Shown here: one piece after another, positions 60,755 to 64,000 of the stretch
Layout: every line of letters begins with the position of its first letter
How positions within the stretch are numbered: the stretch's first letter is position 1
Assembly: GCA_964016885.1 (NCBI GenBank)
Contig: OZ024761.1
Coordinates: 23,436,001 to 23,500,000, forward strand
DNA length: 64,000 nt
Direction: 5' to 3'
From: Eledone cirrhosa
Lineage: Eukaryota
Notes under the pieces: model-generated
The model's database searches: none
The model's input: only the letters and a program-made list of their open reading frames with translations
Told to the model about the DNA's origin: nothing
Made by a program: the position numbers and the translations under genes

Positions 60755-60940
60755 TAATTGTTTCTAGTTTGGGCGGCACAAGGCCAGCAATTACCCCAGT
60801 GCATTACTGGTACTTTATTTTCTCGACCCTCGTAAAGATGAAAGACAAAGGTAACCTCGGCGGAATTTGAACTCAGACCGTAAAGGGCCGTAATTCTACA
60901 CTGCATAGCATGGCGTCCGACTCTCAACCGATACTGCCAA
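60755..60940 (-). mobile_element. SINE (family of 2971)
   Basis: Reverse-complement match. Confidence 0.85.
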
Positions 60941-61529
60941 ACAGCAACAATAGCATTGACACCACCACCAACAACAACAACAACAACAAGCCACACAAAC
61001 ACCACCACTATCACCAAAACCACCACCACCACCACCACCACTATCACCAAAACCACAACCACCACCACCACCAACATTGACACCACCACCACTATCACCA
61101 AAACCACAACCACCATCACCACCAACACCAAGCCACACCACCACCACCACCGCCACCACTAACACCACCACCACCGCCACCACCACCACCACCGCCACCA
61201 CAAACACCACCACCACCACCACCACCATCACCACCACAACCACCATCACCGCCACCATTCCACTAAACCTCTCTTTTACCATTTTTAAAGATTACATTAG
61301 TTTTTTCCTATCTTCATTGTTTACAATTCTTTCAATCTTTAATTCTGTAAATCTCTACATTATCTTTAAGACATCTATTTTTTCTTTATTCCTTTAATCT
61401 CTTTCTTCCTTATATCTTCTTCTTCTTCTTTCCAACACCCTTCTTAGAGATGTTGTTCTTCCTAGAAAGGCTGTTTTCTACAACAATCCTGTCCTGATGG
61501 TAATGCCATCGGTTGATACTTAACCCATT

Positions 61530-62990
61530 AGCATTTACATTACTCTATATATACTATTGTATTGTCACAGTAAAGGCTTTACCTCACATAATACCTCACA
61601 TAATACCTCACATAATACCTCACGTAACATTCACATTACTCTATATATACTATTGTATTTTCACAGTAAAGGCTTTACCTCACATAATATCTCACATAAC
61701 ATTTACATTACACTATATATACTATTGTATTTTCACAGTAAAGGCTTTACCTCACATAATACCTCACATAACATTCACATTACTCTATATATACTATTGT
61801 ATTTTCACAGTAAAGACTTTACCTCACATAATATCTCACATAACATTCACATTACTCTATATATACTATTGTATTGTCACAGTAAAGGCTTTATCTCACA
61901 TAATATCTCACATAACATTTACATTACTCTATATATACTATTGTATTTTCACAGTAAAGGCTTTACCTCACATAATATCTCACATAACATTTACATTACT
62001 CTATATATACTATTGTATTTTCACAGTAAAGGCTTTACCTCACATAATACCTCACATAACATTTACATTACTCTATATATACTATTGTATTTTCACAGTA
62101 AAGGCTTTACCGCACATAATATCTCACATAACATTTACATTACTCTATATACACTATTGTATTGTCACAGTAAAGACTTTACCTCACATAATATCTCACA
62201 TAACATTTACATTACTCTATATATACTATTGTATTTTCACAGTAAAGGCTTTACCTCACATAATATCTCACATAACATTTACATTACTCTATATATACTA
62301 TTGTATTTTCACAGTAAAGGCTTTACCTCACATAATATCTCACATAACATTTACATTACTCTATATATACTATTGTATTTTCATAGTAAAGGCTTTACCT
62401 CACATAATATCTCACATAGCATTTACATTACTCTATATATACTATTGTATTTTCACAGTAAAGGCTTTACCTCACATAATATCTCACATAACATTTACAT
62501 TACTCTATATATACTATTGTATTTTCACCGTAAAGGCTTTACCTCACATAATATCTCACATAACATTCACATTACTCTATATATACTATTGTATTTTCAC
62601 AGTAAAGGCTTTACCTCACATAATATCTCACATAACATTTACATTACTCTATATATACTATTGTATTTTCACAGTAAAGGCTTTACCTCACATAATATCT
62701 CACATAACATTTACATTACTCTATATATACTATTGTATTTTCACAGTAAAGGCTTTACCTCACATAATATCTCACATAGCATTTACATTACTCTATATAT
62801 ACTATTGTATTTTCACAGTAAAGGCTTTACCTCACATAATATCTCACATAACATTTACATTACTCTATATATACTATTGTATTTTCACAGTAAAGGCTTT
62901 ACCTCACATAATACCTCACATAACATTCACACTACGCTACATATATACTATTGTATTTTCATGGTAAAGGCTTTACCTCACATAATATCG
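61530..62990. repeat. Minisatellite, 72-bp unit, about 20 copies
   Basis: Identical phase at 61981, 62341 and 62701 (5x72); 24-aa repeat ORFs in two frames. Confidence 0.95.
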
Positions 62991-63359
62991 AATCTATGAA
63001 ATTTTGAAAGTATTTATTTTGAGAACAATACCTTAACATCAGTTTGAGCGACCAGTTACAGCCAGTTTCAACAGAAAGCGGTAGAGAATTCTGGCCGGTT
63101 TTGGCCGGTTTGAACATTAAACGGACGTAGAAGGATTTTTAGTCCTGTTAAGAGCTTGCCCGTGGCCAGCAATGCCATGCATTGCAAAAAAAGTCACATA
63201 TCAAGCAATGCCTGTACTTGAAGCTTTGTTAAGTGAGGAATGGGTTTACACGGGACCAATCCCACGCTCTGAACATCGAATGCATTTACCCAAAAAGTGG
63301 GACTGGTCTACACCATTGGATGCAAACGAAGTCGCAGGTTTTATATCAGAGTGACCTTC

Positions 63360-63421
<62 letters not shown>

Positions 63422-63424
63422 TTA

Positions 63425-63605
63425 ATACAGGACTAGAACTGTTTCATTCGGGAGAAATCATCAGGAATCCGACTGTCCAAGTAATATGGTGGTATTTATA
63501 CCTTTTCTGGTGGTAGGAGAGGGTGGTGATTGGGATGGGTGGAGGTCATTGGTTGATGGATTTAAAGAAAAAGGAATACTTTTATAACTGTATTTACAGT
63601 AACAG
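63425..63605 (-). mobile_element. Family A pLTR with hammerhead core
   Basis: Minus GGATTC-CTGATGA-TTTCTCCCGAAT-GAAACAG..CTGTA, truncated right after the GUA site; body homologous to 3770-3925. Confidence 0.8.
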
Positions 63606-63654
63606 TAGAGTATATATATATATAGATATATATTTATATATAGATATATATATA

Positions 63655-63914
63655 TATCGTATTGAAAAACAAGATGACGTAGGACAGAACAAAGGAGATG
63701 CACAAAAACAAAGAAAAGAATCCCAGTCACTGAAGAGGTCACAGAATGTGTGACGAAAGAACTTTGACAATATATAAACAATCACCTGGTTGTGGAACCA
63801 ACCAACCAACCGGAAATTTATAAATTCCTAAATTTATAAATTTATTATAATAAATTGAAGTGAAAGCAACTGGTGCGTGTGTTTCTTATTGGCAACATGA
63901 CCCTCCCAAAGTAT

Positions 63915-63921
<7 letters not shown>
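63655..63921 (+). mobile_element. Family F single arm with hammerhead (63725-63768)
   Basis: Homologous to 17262-17516 and ends at the same GTATAACAATAT boundary. Confidence 0.85.
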
Positions 63922-63991
<70 letters not shown>

Positions 63992-64000
63992 TAAACGGAA

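Noticed and set aside
61513-62999. 484-aa and 480-aa ORFs
   Set aside because: Pure 72-bp tandem repeat that is open in two frames; no unique domain.

Overview
This is AT-rich eukaryotic DNA dominated by microsatellites ((TA)n, (CA)n, (GA)n, (CAC)n, (CAA)n). The repeat types suggest an octopus or other cephalopod intron or intergenic region; the taxon is inferred, not verified. Nearly all long ORFs in the track are low-complexity artefacts, and only one plausible host exon (1725-1885) was found. Conventional repeats include tRNA-derived SINEs, Tx1/L1 and RTE LINE remnants, Helitron-like ends, a MITE and several minisatellites. The main signal is a dense set of short elements embedded in (TA)n tracts, roughly 30 copies in at least 9 sequence families. 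They carry minimal type I hammerhead ribozymes (stem I-CTGANGA-stem II-GAAA-palindromic loop III-TH-stem I'). They are built as asymmetric fold-back palindromes with family-specific fixed ends, and they share a tail motif (about WTWGAGYRCT). A decayed GIY-YIG endonuclease fragment lies among them. Together this fits remnants of microsatellite-targeting Penelope-like retroelements (pLTR plus inverted tail). All alignments and folds were made by eye, and coordinates of repeat boundaries are approximate.
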